Shown here piece by piece: positions 1 to 8,750 of a stretch of DNA of 64,000 bases. A model generated the notes under the pieces. It did not search any database, was not told the DNA's origin, and saw only the letters and a list, made by a program, of their open reading frames with translations. This DNA is from Candidatus Nealsonbacteria bacterium (GTDB lineage: Bacteria > Patescibacteriota > Minisyncoccia > Minisyncoccales > PWPS01): positions 11,698 to 75,697 of the forward strand of contig PWKK01000023.1 in the NCBI GenBank assembly GCA_003560665.1. The letters run 5' to 3'. Within the stretch, counting starts at the first letter, position 1, and each line of letters opens with the position of its first letter. The translations under genes were made by a program, and so were the position numbers.

Positions 1-1281
1 CTCTTTTTCTCGATAGATTCTTTCTTTTTCTTCAATTTTCTTTATTTTTTCATTTAATTCATTTAGTTCTTTTTCAAGAGGCCACCTTTCTTTTTCGACA
101 GCTCTTCGCTCTTCTTCAATCTGCCACGCCTTTTCGGACAGTTCCTTTTCTTTTTCCGTGTCTCTTGCCACCTCCCTTTCTCTTTCTATTTGCAGAATTC
201 TTTCTTCAATCTCTTCTTCTTTTTTAAGGATGATATCTATTTTATCCGACAGCTGGGATTTTTTAGCTCTCAATTCTTCTTTTTCTGCTACAAGTGACTC
301 TTTCTGTGCGGTTGTAATCTCTTCCAGGTCTCCTTTTGGGGCAACAGCTTCATCTTCGCCATCTTCTTTGGCGTCTTCTTTGGCAACGACATCTTCTTGG
401 ATTTCTTTTTGGAGGGGCTCCTTCTTTGCCAATGAATCTTCGCCGCTTCCTTCTTTGAAATCGCTAATTTCTGCTTTTAGCCTTTTTAATTTTCTTCGCT
501 CTTCTTCAATTTTTTTGTTTATCTGTGCTATCTTTTCTTCCGTTTCCCATCGCTTTTCTTCTATTTCTTTTCTCTTATCTCCAGCCTTCCACCTTCTTCT
601 CTTAAGCTCTCTTCGTTCTGAGATACTTCCTTCTTTGGTATTCTCTTCTTCCTCAATTGATCTTTCTTCTTCCTCTGCAACCTCTTCTTCAGAATTGATT
701 TTTTTCAAGTTGATTTCTTCTTTCTCTCTCTCTTTTTCCAGCAACTCTTTGTTTTTCAAAATGGCAGAAAGCTCTTCTTTTCTTTTTTGAAGCCCTTTTT
801 TATGGGCCTCTTCTTCAGGCTTACTTTTTTGTTTTTCCAGCGTTTTAATTTTTTCTTCCAGAGCCTCTTTTTTTCTCAAAAGCGCTTCTTTTTCTTTTCT
901 TTTTTCGGGAAGGTTTGCCTGCTCTTCCTTTGCTTTCAGACTCGTTTCCCACTTCCAGATATCTTTTTCTGCTTTCTTTCTTTTGTCTTCGATAGCCCAT
1001 CTCCTTTTGCCAAGCTCCCTCTCTTTTTCTACATCTCCTTCCTTTAAATTTAATCTTTCTTCTTCGAGTTTTTTCTCTTCCTTATCCAGTTCCATCATTT
1101 TTTCTTGGAGCTGTTTGATACTTTCTTTTATCTGCGCTCCTCCCTCGGTGATTTTTGCAATACGAACATCGACTTCGTTAAGCCTTTTTTCCGTATCACT
1201 TTTTTCTTTAGCAAGCCCTTCCAGTTCTTTATTTATTTTTTCGACAGAGAGGTTAGAGTCAGAAACAATCATATCTCTCAT
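1..1281 (-). CDS. E/K/R-rich coiled-coil repeat protein, N-terminal part only (runs off the left edge). It resembles the 1412-aa neighbour.
   Basis: Absent from the ORF track because it has no stop inside the window. My reverse-complement read from the ATG at 1281-1279 gives MRDMIVSDSNLSVEKINKELEGLAKEKSD... and stays open to position 1. It has three W-x13-W motif copies, with W codons at 997-999/955-957, 589-591/547-549 and 124-126/82-84. The + strand S/F/L-rich ORFs 158..790, 787..1047 and 983..1303 are its antisense shadows. Confidence 0.7.
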   Translation of the reverse strand, partial: MRDMIVSDSNLSVEKINKELEGLAKEKSDTEKRLNEVDVRIAKITEGGAQIKESIKQLQEKMMELDKEEKKLEEERLNLKEGDVEKERELGKRRWAIEDKRKKAEKDIWKWETSLKAKEEQANLPEKRKEKEALLRKKEALEEKIKTLEKQKSKPEEEAHKKGLQKRKEELSAILKNKELLEKEREKEEINLKKINSEEEVAEEEERSIEEEENTKEGSISERRELKRRRWKAGDKRKEIEEKRWETEEKIAQINKKIEEERRKLKRLKAEISDFKEGSGEDSLAKKEPLQKEIQEDVVAKEDAKEDGEDEAVAPKGDLEEITTAQKESLVAEKEELRAKKSQLSDKIDIILKKEEEIEERILQIEREREVARDTEKEKELSEKAWQIEEERRAVEKERWPLEKELNELNEKIKKIEEKERIYREKE

Positions 1282-1365
1282 TGTATTTTTATTTGCCAAA
1301 TAATGCAACCTTTTATGGGATTTCTACAACTCTTTTTTGTAGTGGCAAAGAAGAAAAACAACAGG

Positions 1366-4300
1366 TTAGACATTTTTTTTCAGCCTTTCCTTCCACTTTT
1401 TCTCTTTGTTTTTTATAGCAACTATCTTCTTTTTTATCACTTTTATTTCTAAATCAAGGTCCTTGATTATTTCTTGAACGTTCCATTTTTTCTCTTCTAC
1501 TTTCCTTCTTTTTTCTTCTAACCCCCACCTTTTCCTCTCAATTCTTTTTTCGCTTCCGTCAATGCCTGCTTTTTGGTTTTTGAAATGACTTATTTTTGCG
1601 ACAATCTCTTTTTCAATGCTTGCGATGCGATCCAGTTCTCTTAGGGCTTTTTTCTGTTTTTTTTCGATTCGCTCTAGTGAAGCCCACATTCTTTTTTTGT
1701 AGGGGCCAATGCCTTTGAGGTGGTAGCTAGCGAGCATTTTTTCTTTTTTATCTTCCAGCCTTTTTCTTCGACTCTTTTCCACAAAACCTTCTTTTTTTAA
1801 TTGTTCGGCTGTTTTTTCTGCAGTCCACTTTTTGTTTTCCAACAACCTTCTCTTTTCCTCTGCGGCCCACCTTTTCTTCTTTATCTCCATCCTCTCTTTA
1901 AAGTTTTTTTCTTCTTCCGCCTCTTTTTCCAGTTTTTCTTTTTCTTTTTCTATCTCTTTTTCTTTTGTCCCCAACATTCTCTTTTTCTCTTCTAAAAGAG
2001 TTATTTTTTTGTGAATATCCTTTTCTTTCTTGTGACTTAACCTGATAGCGTTTCTCACTTCTACTATTTTTTTTCGTAGTTTTAGCTTTTCTTTTTTAAT
2101 GAGGTGGATAGTTTTTTCCTCAAGCAGCTTTGCCTTTCTGTTTTCCAGGTCTTCTTTTTTTCTTAAAAGTTCTTCTTTGCGTAAATTGAATTTTTCTATT
2201 TTATCTAAAAGAGGGAAAAGTTCTTTTTTTATAGAAAGGATGCTTTTTTCTTTTTCTCTTCTTTCTTCCTCTGCTCGCCATCTCCTTTTTTCCGCAGAAA
2301 CTCTTCTTCCGGCAGTTTCAGCAGATAAGGACTCTTCTTCCGCACTTTTTTCTTTTCTTCTTAAATTTTTTTCTTCTTTCCTTGCCTTCTGGAGGCTCTT
2401 TTCAAGATGTTTTTTTTTCTTGTGAAGACTATTTTTTTTTACTTGAAGGCTCTTGATACCCCTTCTTAATTCTCTAAACTCCTTTCGGAGGGGAGGTGTT
2501 TTCCTTTTCAAGAGAAGTTCCTCTTTCTGCCTTTTTCTTCTTAATTGTTCAAGCTTTTCTTCTTCTTCCTTTGTGCGGATGTTATCCAAACCAAAAAGCA
2601 CTCCTTTTATTTCTTTCCTTATATCAATAATCGCTCTTTCCACCTTCCACCTCTCCTCTTCAGTTTTTCTCCTCTCTTCCTTTGTTTGCCAGTAAAGAGA
2701 AAGAAGATTTTCCTTTTCATCGGGTTCTGCCTTCGCAATTTTTTCTTCTATTTCTTTTTCCCTTTTTTCGACAGTCTGTTCGTTTTTTGAGATAACGATC
2801 AATTTTTCTTGCAGTGTTTTGTTTTTTTCTTGCAGAGAAAGCTTTTTTTCAATTAAAGCTTCTTTTTCCTTTTTTATCTTTGTGGAGCCAATAAGATGCT
2901 CTTTTTGAAGAGAGGAGTTTTCGGGTTTTTTTTTGGGCAGTTCTTCCAGTCTTTCAATAGTCTCTTTTAATTTTCTTTCTTTTTCTAAAAGAGAATCAAT
3001 CAGTTCTTTTTTTTGAGTGACTTCTTTTATCTTTTCTTCTGCTTTCCAACGGTGCTTTTCGTAAACTCTTCGCTTGTCTTCAAGTAACCACCTTTCTCTT
3101 TTTATTTTTTCTTCTTTTTCAGGGAGAACTTCCTCTTTCTCTTTATCAAGAATATTCTCTATCTTTTTTTTAATTTTATTCTCTTTTTGAGAGACGATGT
3201 TTATCTTTTCTTGTAAAACATTTTCTTTTTCTTCCAAGGTTTCTTTCTGTGAAAGGAGAACGGGTTTTTCGTTGTAGAGGAAGGATTGGAGATTTTTTTC
3301 TTCCTCTTTTTTCTTCTCCTCTGCTTCTTTTTTTTTCTTCTCCTCTGCTTCTTTTTTTTCTTGTTCTCTTTCTTCCTCTCTTTTTTTTTCCTCCTCCTCT
3401 TTCTTTCTCTTCTCTTCTTTTTCTCTTTTTTCTTCGCGGTCTTTTTGTCTTTTTTCTTCTTCCTTTCTCTTTTCTTCTTCAAGCTCTCTTTTTCTCTTCT
3501 TCTCTCGTTCTCTTTTTCTCTCAAGGTCTTTGCGCTGACGATTGATCTCTTTCTCTTTTTTGGTTATTTCCTCCTCGGTTTTTTGCAGGCTCTCCTCGAG
3601 CGAAGAAATTTGTAATGCCAGAGAGGAGATGTTTCTTTTTGCTTCTTCAATTCTTTTTTCTCCTTCACTGAGGTATTTTGACCATTCTCTGATTTCTTCT
3701 TCAATGCATTTTCTTCTTTCTTCTACTTCCTGTCTCTCTTTTTCCAAATTTTTTCTTTCAAGAGAATCGTTAACGATTTCTTTTCTTTCTTCGATATCCC
3801 TTTCTCTTTCTTCAACTATCTTTTTTGCACTGGAGAGAGAATCAATCTTTTTCGCTGTTCTTTTTACTTGACCGGAAAGCTGATTTTGTATTTTTTCTGC
3901 AAACCTTCTTTCCTCTTTGAGAATGTTGATCTCGGAATAGGTATTAGCAACAGAAAGACGGAGAGAAGAAACATCTTCTTCTTTTTCTATTATCTCGAGC
4001 CTCTCTTTTTTCATTTTTTCTTCTTCTTGACTGGCGAAAAGTTCATTTGCCAGATCTCGGGCTTCTTTCCTGGCTTCTTCTATTTTTTCTTCCCAACGCC
4101 ACCTCTCCTTCTCTGCCTTTCTCCTCTCTTCTTCAATCGCCCATCTTTTTTCTTCAAGTTCTTTTTTTCTCTCCGGGTTTTGTGTTTCTCTTTGAACCTG
4201 CCGAACCCTTATTTCTTTTTTCTCAACTTCTTCTTCCCTCTTTACGGTATCTTCGCGGCTTTCTTCCAATTGTGCAACTCTTTTTTTAGACTGATTTCTT

Positions 4301-5604
4301 TTTATTTCAACTTTTTCTCTGTGGTCTTTCGCGCTTTCCAAGTCTTCCTTAAGTTTTTCTTTATGAGTTCTTTTTTCTTCAATGTTTTTATTTTTTTCTT
4401 CTTGTTTTTGTTGCAAATGTGCCAGAATTTCTTCTTTTCTGTTTTTCAGTTCCTCTTCCCATTTTTCATGCAAAAAAGATTCTTCCCTTTTAATCTCCTC
4501 TTCATCTTTTTTTCTTTGTTTTCTTTTTTCCTCTTCTTCTCTTCTTTCGTTTTCTGCGATGAATCCTTCTTTTTCTTTTTGAAACGCAGAGCTTCTTGCT
4601 CTTTTAATCTTTTCAATTTTTTCTTGTACTCTTTCTTTAAGATCCTTTAATTCTTTTTCCCTTTTTTCTCGTTCTTCTTTTTTCTTCTCTCGATATTCCT
4701 CTAATTCCTTTTTAAAAGAAGTGGCATGTCCTTTCTTTTTTTTCAGCACAGCCCTCTTTTCTTGAATTTCTTTCTGCAAGGATGAGAGTTCTGACAAAAG
4801 CCTTTCTTCCTCTTCCCGGTTTCCTTTTTCTTTTGAAAGTTCAAGGTCTTTTTTCAGGAGCTTAAATCTTTCAATAAGGCCTAAAAGAGAAACGGTCGAA
4901 GAAAGCTTACTGAGTTTTCTCTTGATAAGATCAAGCTCTTTTTTGAGGGTATTCTCTTTTGTTTCCGCACAAAAAGAATTAAACAGTGAACGCTGAAGTT
5001 CTTCTTCGAGTTGAACAGCCTCTTCTTCTTTTTTCCAAATGCTTTTTCTTTCTTGAAGAGTGATGTTTTCTGTTTTCTCTTGAGAGGATTGTCTGCTTTT
5101 AGTGGAATTAACCTTCTTTTTTATTTCCTCTTCCTGTTCTTTCTTGTTTTTTTTCTCTTCAATTGCCTCGATTAATTCTTTTTCAATCTTTCTTTTTTCA
5201 TTTTCTGCTTCCTCTATCTCTTTCTCTTTCTTTGACTTTTTTCCTCCATATTCTTCGATGAGAAACTCTTTCTTCTTCCTTATTCTTTCTGTTTCTCCCC
5301 CTCTCCTCCTCTCCTCCTCTTCCTCTTTCTTTCTCCTTTCCTCTTCTTCATTTGCCACTAAGTCTCTTGCTTTTTTTCTAATTTCCTCTATTAGCAGTTT
5401 TTCTTCTCTCTCTTCCTTCTCTTTTTGGTGGGCAGGAGAAAAAACACCCGATCTTGAAACAGAGTTTTGTTGATGTTTTTCTTTTGCTTTTTTGAGTAGG
5501 AGATCTATCGGGGGTCTGCTTTTTTTCCTTGTCTCTCCTTTTTGAATTCGGGCGATATCCCCCTTCATTGTCCGGATCCCTCCTTGTTGGCCTTTATCGG
5601 ACAT
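1366..5604 (-). CDS. Giant (1412 aa) E/K/R-rich coiled-coil repeat protein with a recurring W-x13-W motif; function unknown
   Basis: A 4.2-kb open frame with ATG at 5604-5602. Composition is dominated by Glu/Lys/Arg with heptad-like L/I spacing. Motif copies such as EKRWAIEEERRKAEKERWRWEE, RERWLLEDKRRVYEKHRWKAEE and RKRWGLEEKRRKVEEKKWNVQE occur, with first-W codons at 4141-4143, 3088-3090, 2689-2691, 2278-2280, 1867-1869 and 1525-1527. No signal peptide or TM-like hydrophobic stretch is visible. A TATAAT-like -10 lies at 5651-5656 on the minus strand. Confidence 0.8.
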   Translation of the reverse strand: MSDKGQQGGIRTMKGDIARIQKGETRKKSRPPIDLLLKKAKEKHQQNSVSRSGVFSPAHQKEKEEREEKLLIEEIRKKARDLVANEEEERRKKEEEEERRRGGETERIRKKKEFLIEEYGGKKSKKEKEIEEAENEKRKIEKELIEAIEEKKNKKEQEEEIKKKVNSTKSRQSSQEKTENITLQERKSIWKKEEEAVQLEEELQRSLFNSFCAETKENTLKKELDLIKRKLSKLSSTVSLLGLIERFKLLKKDLELSKEKGNREEEERLLSELSSLQKEIQEKRAVLKKKKGHATSFKKELEEYREKKKEEREKREKELKDLKERVQEKIEKIKRARSSAFQKEKEGFIAENERREEEEKRKQRKKDEEEIKREESFLHEKWEEELKNRKEEILAHLQQKQEEKNKNIEEKRTHKEKLKEDLESAKDHREKVEIKRNQSKKRVAQLEESREDTVKREEEVEKKEIRVRQVQRETQNPERKKELEEKRWAIEEERRKAEKERWRWEEKIEEARKEARDLANELFASQEEEKMKKERLEIIEKEEDVSSLRLSVANTYSEINILKEERRFAEKIQNQLSGQVKRTAKKIDSLSSAKKIVEERERDIEERKEIVNDSLERKNLEKERQEVEERRKCIEEEIREWSKYLSEGEKRIEEAKRNISSLALQISSLEESLQKTEEEITKKEKEINRQRKDLERKREREKKRKRELEEEKRKEEEKRQKDREEKREKEEKRKKEEEEKKREEEREQEKKEAEEKKKKEAEEKKKEEEKNLQSFLYNEKPVLLSQKETLEEKENVLQEKINIVSQKENKIKKKIENILDKEKEEVLPEKEEKIKRERWLLEDKRRVYEKHRWKAEEKIKEVTQKKELIDSLLEKERKLKETIERLEELPKKKPENSSLQKEHLIGSTKIKKEKEALIEKKLSLQEKNKTLQEKLIVISKNEQTVEKREKEIEEKIAKAEPDEKENLLSLYWQTKEERRKTEEERWKVERAIIDIRKEIKGVLFGLDNIRTKEEEEKLEQLRRKRQKEELLLKRKTPPLRKEFRELRRGIKSLQVKKNSLHKKKKHLEKSLQKARKEEKNLRRKEKSAEEESLSAETAGRRVSAEKRRWRAEEERREKEKSILSIKKELFPLLDKIEKFNLRKEELLRKKEDLENRKAKLLEEKTIHLIKKEKLKLRKKIVEVRNAIRLSHKKEKDIHKKITLLEEKKRMLGTKEKEIEKEKEKLEKEAEEEKNFKERMEIKKKRWAAEEKRRLLENKKWTAEKTAEQLKKEGFVEKSRRKRLEDKKEKMLASYHLKGIGPYKKRMWASLERIEKKQKKALRELDRIASIEKEIVAKISHFKNQKAGIDGSEKRIERKRWGLEEKRRKVEEKKWNVQEIIKDLDLEIKVIKKKIVAIKNKEKKWKERLKKNV
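3311..3358 (-). repeat. Perfect 24-nt tandem duplication inside the giant gene, encoding KKKEAEEK twice
   Basis: On the + strand, ttcttctcctctgcttcttttttt at 3311-3334 is repeated exactly at 3335-3358. The protein reads EKKEAEEKKKKEAEEKKKEE here. Confidence 0.85.
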
Positions 5605-5701
5605 ATAAGGATTGTTTTCAATTACCGATGATAATATATGTGCTCACTCTATTATAGAGCATAATCTTATAAAAACCAAAGACCTTGGTTAGAAAAGATA
5701 A

Positions 5702-7789
5702 CTATTTTTTCGCCTCTTTTATTGAAAGGCTCATCTTACCGCCGTTCTCAATTTTAATTACTTTCACCGGAACGGTTTGGCCTACTTCAATTTCGTCTTC
5801 TACTTTCTCTATTCTCCTGTTTGCTATTTCAGAGATGTGCACCAACCCCTCCTTTCCCGGAAGAATTTCCACTACTGCACCGAAGCCGAAAATTTTAATA
5901 ACTTTTCCCTGAAAAATCTCTCCTGCCTTTACTTCTCGGGTAATGTTTTTAATCCATGTCACCGCTTTTTCAATTGATTCTTCGTTTTCTGAGGTAACAG
6001 AGACAACTCCCGAATCGTCAATATCAATCGCAACTCCCGTTGTTTCTATTATCTCGTTTATTATCTTTCCTTTTGGCCCGATAACATCTCCTATCTTTTC
6101 CGGATCGATTTTAAGGGTAACGATACGGGGAGCATAAGGAGAAAGGTTTTCCCGAGGTTCTTTGATGGTTTTCTTTATCTCTTCTAGGAGGTAGAGGCGG
6201 GTTTTTTTTGCATTTTCCAATGCCTTTTCGGCTATTTCCAGGGTGATGCCGTCAATTTTAATGTCCATCTGAATGACGGTGGCCCCTTTTTCTGTTCCAG
6301 CTACTTTAAAATCCATATCACCGTAATGGTCTTCAAGACCTTGGATATCGGTGAGAACTTTGTATTTTCCTTTTTTGTCGGTAACAAGTCCGACAGAGAT
6401 TCCGGCTACAGGCCTTTTAATCGGAACGCCAGCGTCCATAAGAGCAAGCGTGGTACCACAAACCGAAGCCATTGAAGTTGATCCGTTTGAAGAAACTATT
6501 TCTGACACGCTACGAATGGTATAAGGAAAGCTCTCAGCATCCGGAATTAAAGGAAGGATGCCGTTTTCTCCTATCATTCCGTGACCTATCTCTCTTCTTC
6601 CCGGACCCCTTATGGGTCTTGCTTCTCCGACCGAGTAAGGGGGAAAGTTGTAGTGGTGCATGAAACGTTTGTTTTCCGAAAGTTCCATGTCGTCCATTAG
6701 TTGTTTCTCGCTTGGTGCGCCCAAGGTAATGATAGAAAGAGCTCTTGTTTCTCCCCGGCGAAAGAGCCCTGAACCGTGCGTACGAGGGAGAAGACCGACA
6801 GAACACTCTATCTCTCTTACTTCGTCTATTTTCCTTCCGTCTAAACGGTCTCCTTTAGTTAAAATATTTTCTCTTACCTCTTTTTCAATTACTCCTTCCA
6901 AAACAGAAAGAGCATAATTTTTTTCTTGCTCTTCTTCATATTCTTCTTCAATAAAAAAGGCGATTTCTTTCTTTATCTCTTTTATTTTTTCTTCTCTCTT
7001 TTCTTTACTGTTAAATGCTTTTTTAACCTTATCGGTTGATTTTTCTTCAATCAATTTTTTTATCTTTTCATCTGTGAAAGGAGTGGCTATCTCTATTTTT
7101 TCTCGTCCCGCTTTTTGTCTTACTTCCTCTTGAAGAAGGCAAAGTTTTTTTATCGGATCTTCTGAGAAACGAAACATATTCATAATCGATTCCTCTTCCT
7201 CTTCATTGAAGATGCCCTCAATCATGTTTATAAGGAAATCCCCTTTCTTATCGGAAAAACCGCTTACAACAACATCTGCGCTTCCTTCTAGTCTTTCTTT
7301 GTAGTTCGGGGACAAAATACAATCAGAGTTCTTTCCGATGCGAGCTGCTCCGAGTGGACCGTTCCAGGGGATATCTGAAAGATGGAGAGCTAGTGAGGAA
7401 GCAATCATCCCGAGTACACCCGGGTCATTTTTTTCATCCCAAGAAAGGCAGGTTACAATAATCTGTATTTCTCTTTTTATCTCTTTGGGAAACAGCGGGC
7501 GTATTGCGCGGTCTATCATTCGAGAAATAATAGTAGCTCTGTCCGAAGGCCTTCCTTCTCTTCTTGTGTAACGTGAACCGCTTATCTTTCCTGCTGCATA
7601 AAACTTTTCTTCATAACTAACAGAAAGAGGAAAGAAGTCTTTGCTGGTTTCTTCTTCCGCCATGGTAGCGGTGGCGAAAACAACGGTTTCTCCACAACGC
7701 ACTATCGCTTCACCATTTGCCTTTTCCGCCCATCCGGGCAAAGAAAAGGACACTTCTTTTTCTCCGATATTTACGGTAAATTTATCCAT
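5702..7789 (-). CDS. pnp: Polynucleotide phosphorylase (PNPase)
   Basis: 695 aa with two RNase PH-like halves, then KH-like and S1-like C-terminal segments (GEIFQGKVIKIFGFGAVVEILPGKEGLVHISE). It sits downstream of rpsO, the classic position. Confidence 0.95.
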   Translation of the reverse strand: MDKFTVNIGEKEVSFSLPGWAEKANGEAIVRCGETVVFATATMAEEETSKDFFPLSVSYEEKFYAAGKISGSRYTRREGRPSDRATIISRMIDRAIRPLFPKEIKREIQIIVTCLSWDEKNDPGVLGMIASSLALHLSDIPWNGPLGAARIGKNSDCILSPNYKERLEGSADVVVSGFSDKKGDFLINMIEGIFNEEEEESIMNMFRFSEDPIKKLCLLQEEVRQKAGREKIEIATPFTDEKIKKLIEEKSTDKVKKAFNSKEKREEKIKEIKKEIAFFIEEEYEEEQEKNYALSVLEGVIEKEVRENILTKGDRLDGRKIDEVREIECSVGLLPRTHGSGLFRRGETRALSIITLGAPSEKQLMDDMELSENKRFMHHYNFPPYSVGEARPIRGPGRREIGHGMIGENGILPLIPDAESFPYTIRSVSEIVSSNGSTSMASVCGTTLALMDAGVPIKRPVAGISVGLVTDKKGKYKVLTDIQGLEDHYGDMDFKVAGTEKGATVIQMDIKIDGITLEIAEKALENAKKTRLYLLEEIKKTIKEPRENLSPYAPRIVTLKIDPEKIGDVIGPKGKIINEIIETTGVAIDIDDSGVVSVTSENEESIEKAVTWIKNITREVKAGEIFQGKVIKIFGFGAVVEILPGKEGLVHISEIANRRIEKVEDEIEVGQTVPVKVIKIENGGKMSLSIKEAKK

Positions 7790-8336
7790 TATGCTTTTTT
7801 TTATTTTTTGACAATTTTTTACTCCTCGTAGAACTTGCAGTCAGTAAAAACCTCCTGCTATTTTCTTCCAGATTGATAAACTCGTCTGCTGCTTCTTTTA
7901 GTTTTAGCGAAGCGGATCTCTCAAATCCGATCACCTCTACACGCTTGCCCCTGTTTTTTAAATAATCCACCAAAGGAACAAAGTCCCCGTCTCCGGTGAC
8001 AAGAACAATGGCGTCCAGTGTAGGAGACATTCTGATGGCATCTACGGCGATACCGACATCCCAATCACCCTTTTTTAATCCTCCGTGAAACTCTTGCAAG
8101 TCCTTGACTCTAATTTCTATTCCCAGATTGATAAGTGCCTCAAAAAAAGACTTTTCTTCGCCTGTTTTTGTTTTGATAACATAAGCAAAAGAACGGATAA
8201 GGTTTCTTTTGCTGACGGCTGTTTCCACTACTTTGCTGAAATCAACGCGCGCATTGTACAGATTTTTTGCAGAGTGGTAAAGGTTTTGGACATCAAGGAA
8301 AACAGCAATTCTCTGTCCCTTGTGTTTATTAATCAT
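7782..8336 (-). CDS. NYN/LabA-like (DUF88) predicted PIN-fold ribonuclease
   Basis: 184 aa. RIAVFLDVQNLYHSAKN ... IVLVTGDGDFVPLVDYLKNRGKRVEVIGF matches the NYN/LabA-like pattern. Its start forms an ATGA overlap with the rpsO stop (8333-8336), and its stop overlaps the pnp start by 8 nt (7782-7789). Confidence 0.75.
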   Translation of the reverse strand: MINKHKGQRIAVFLDVQNLYHSAKNLYNARVDFSKVVETAVSKRNLIRSFAYVIKTKTGEEKSFFEALINLGIEIRVKDLQEFHGGLKKGDWDVGIAVDAIRMSPTLDAIVLVTGDGDFVPLVDYLKNRGKRVEVIGFERSASLKLKEAADEFINLEENSRRFLLTASSTRSKKLSKNKKKHNG

Positions 8337-8620
8337 GCTTTTTTATTTTTTGTAGCGGTTTTCCCGCCCTTTTTTTTAAGACCTATTTTCGAAACGACTT
8401 CGGCATGCCTTTCTTCGTTTTCTTTTTTAATATAGGAGAGAAGCTTTTTTCTTTTGTTAACCATTCCGAGAAGGCCTTTTTTTGAATGCAAGTCTTTCGG
8501 ATTTTCTTTGAGATGAGCAAACAGCTTCTTAATCTGCTCGGAAAGCAAAAGAACCTGTGCCTCCGCACTCCCTGTGCTTTCTTCTTTTAATAATTTTTCT
8601 TTTTCCTGTTTTGTTAACAT
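8333..8620 (-). CDS. rpsO: 30S ribosomal protein S15, with a short Lys-rich C-terminal tail
   Basis: TGSAEAQVLLLSEQIKKLFAHLKENPKDLHSKKGLLGMVNKRKKLLSYI is the canonical S15 core. It lies upstream of pnp. Confidence 0.95.
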   Translation of the reverse strand: MLTKQEKEKLLKEESTGSAEAQVLLLSEQIKKLFAHLKENPKDLHSKKGLLGMVNKRKKLLSYIKKENEERHAEVVSKIGLKKKGGKTATKNKKA

Positions 8621-8662
8621 AATGTGTGAATTATAACTTATAACTTGCGATTGCCATCTAAG

Positions 8663-8735
8663 TGCCCCCGGTAGGACTTGAACCTACGACACTCGGCTTA
8701 AGAGGCCGCTGCTCTGCCAACTGAGCTACGGGGGC
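8663..8735 (-). tRNA. tRNA-Lys (anticodon CUU)
   Basis: Hand-folded reverse complement: GCCCCCG TA GCTC AGTTGGCA GAGC A GCGGC CTCTTAA GCCGA GTGTC GTAGG TTCAAGT CCTAC CGGGGGC A. 73 nt, CCA not encoded. Confidence 0.9.
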
Positions 8736-8750
8736 TTCTTGGAGCCTAAT

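Noticed and set aside
3201-3524. Minus-strand 107-aa K/R-rich ORF in an alternative frame inside the giant gene.
   Set aside because: It lies wholly within the 1366..5604 frame, in a homopurine tract where any T-poor frame stays open. There is no independent start context.
158-5473. Many + strand ORFs in the track are rich in S/F/L/C, for example 158..790, 983..1303, 2099..2425, 3286..3615, 3868..4650 and 5102..5473.
   Set aside because: They are antisense shadows of the purine-rich minus-strand giant genes. The pyrimidine-rich strand lacks the purines needed for stop codons, so frames stay open by composition. The translations have no domain-like features.
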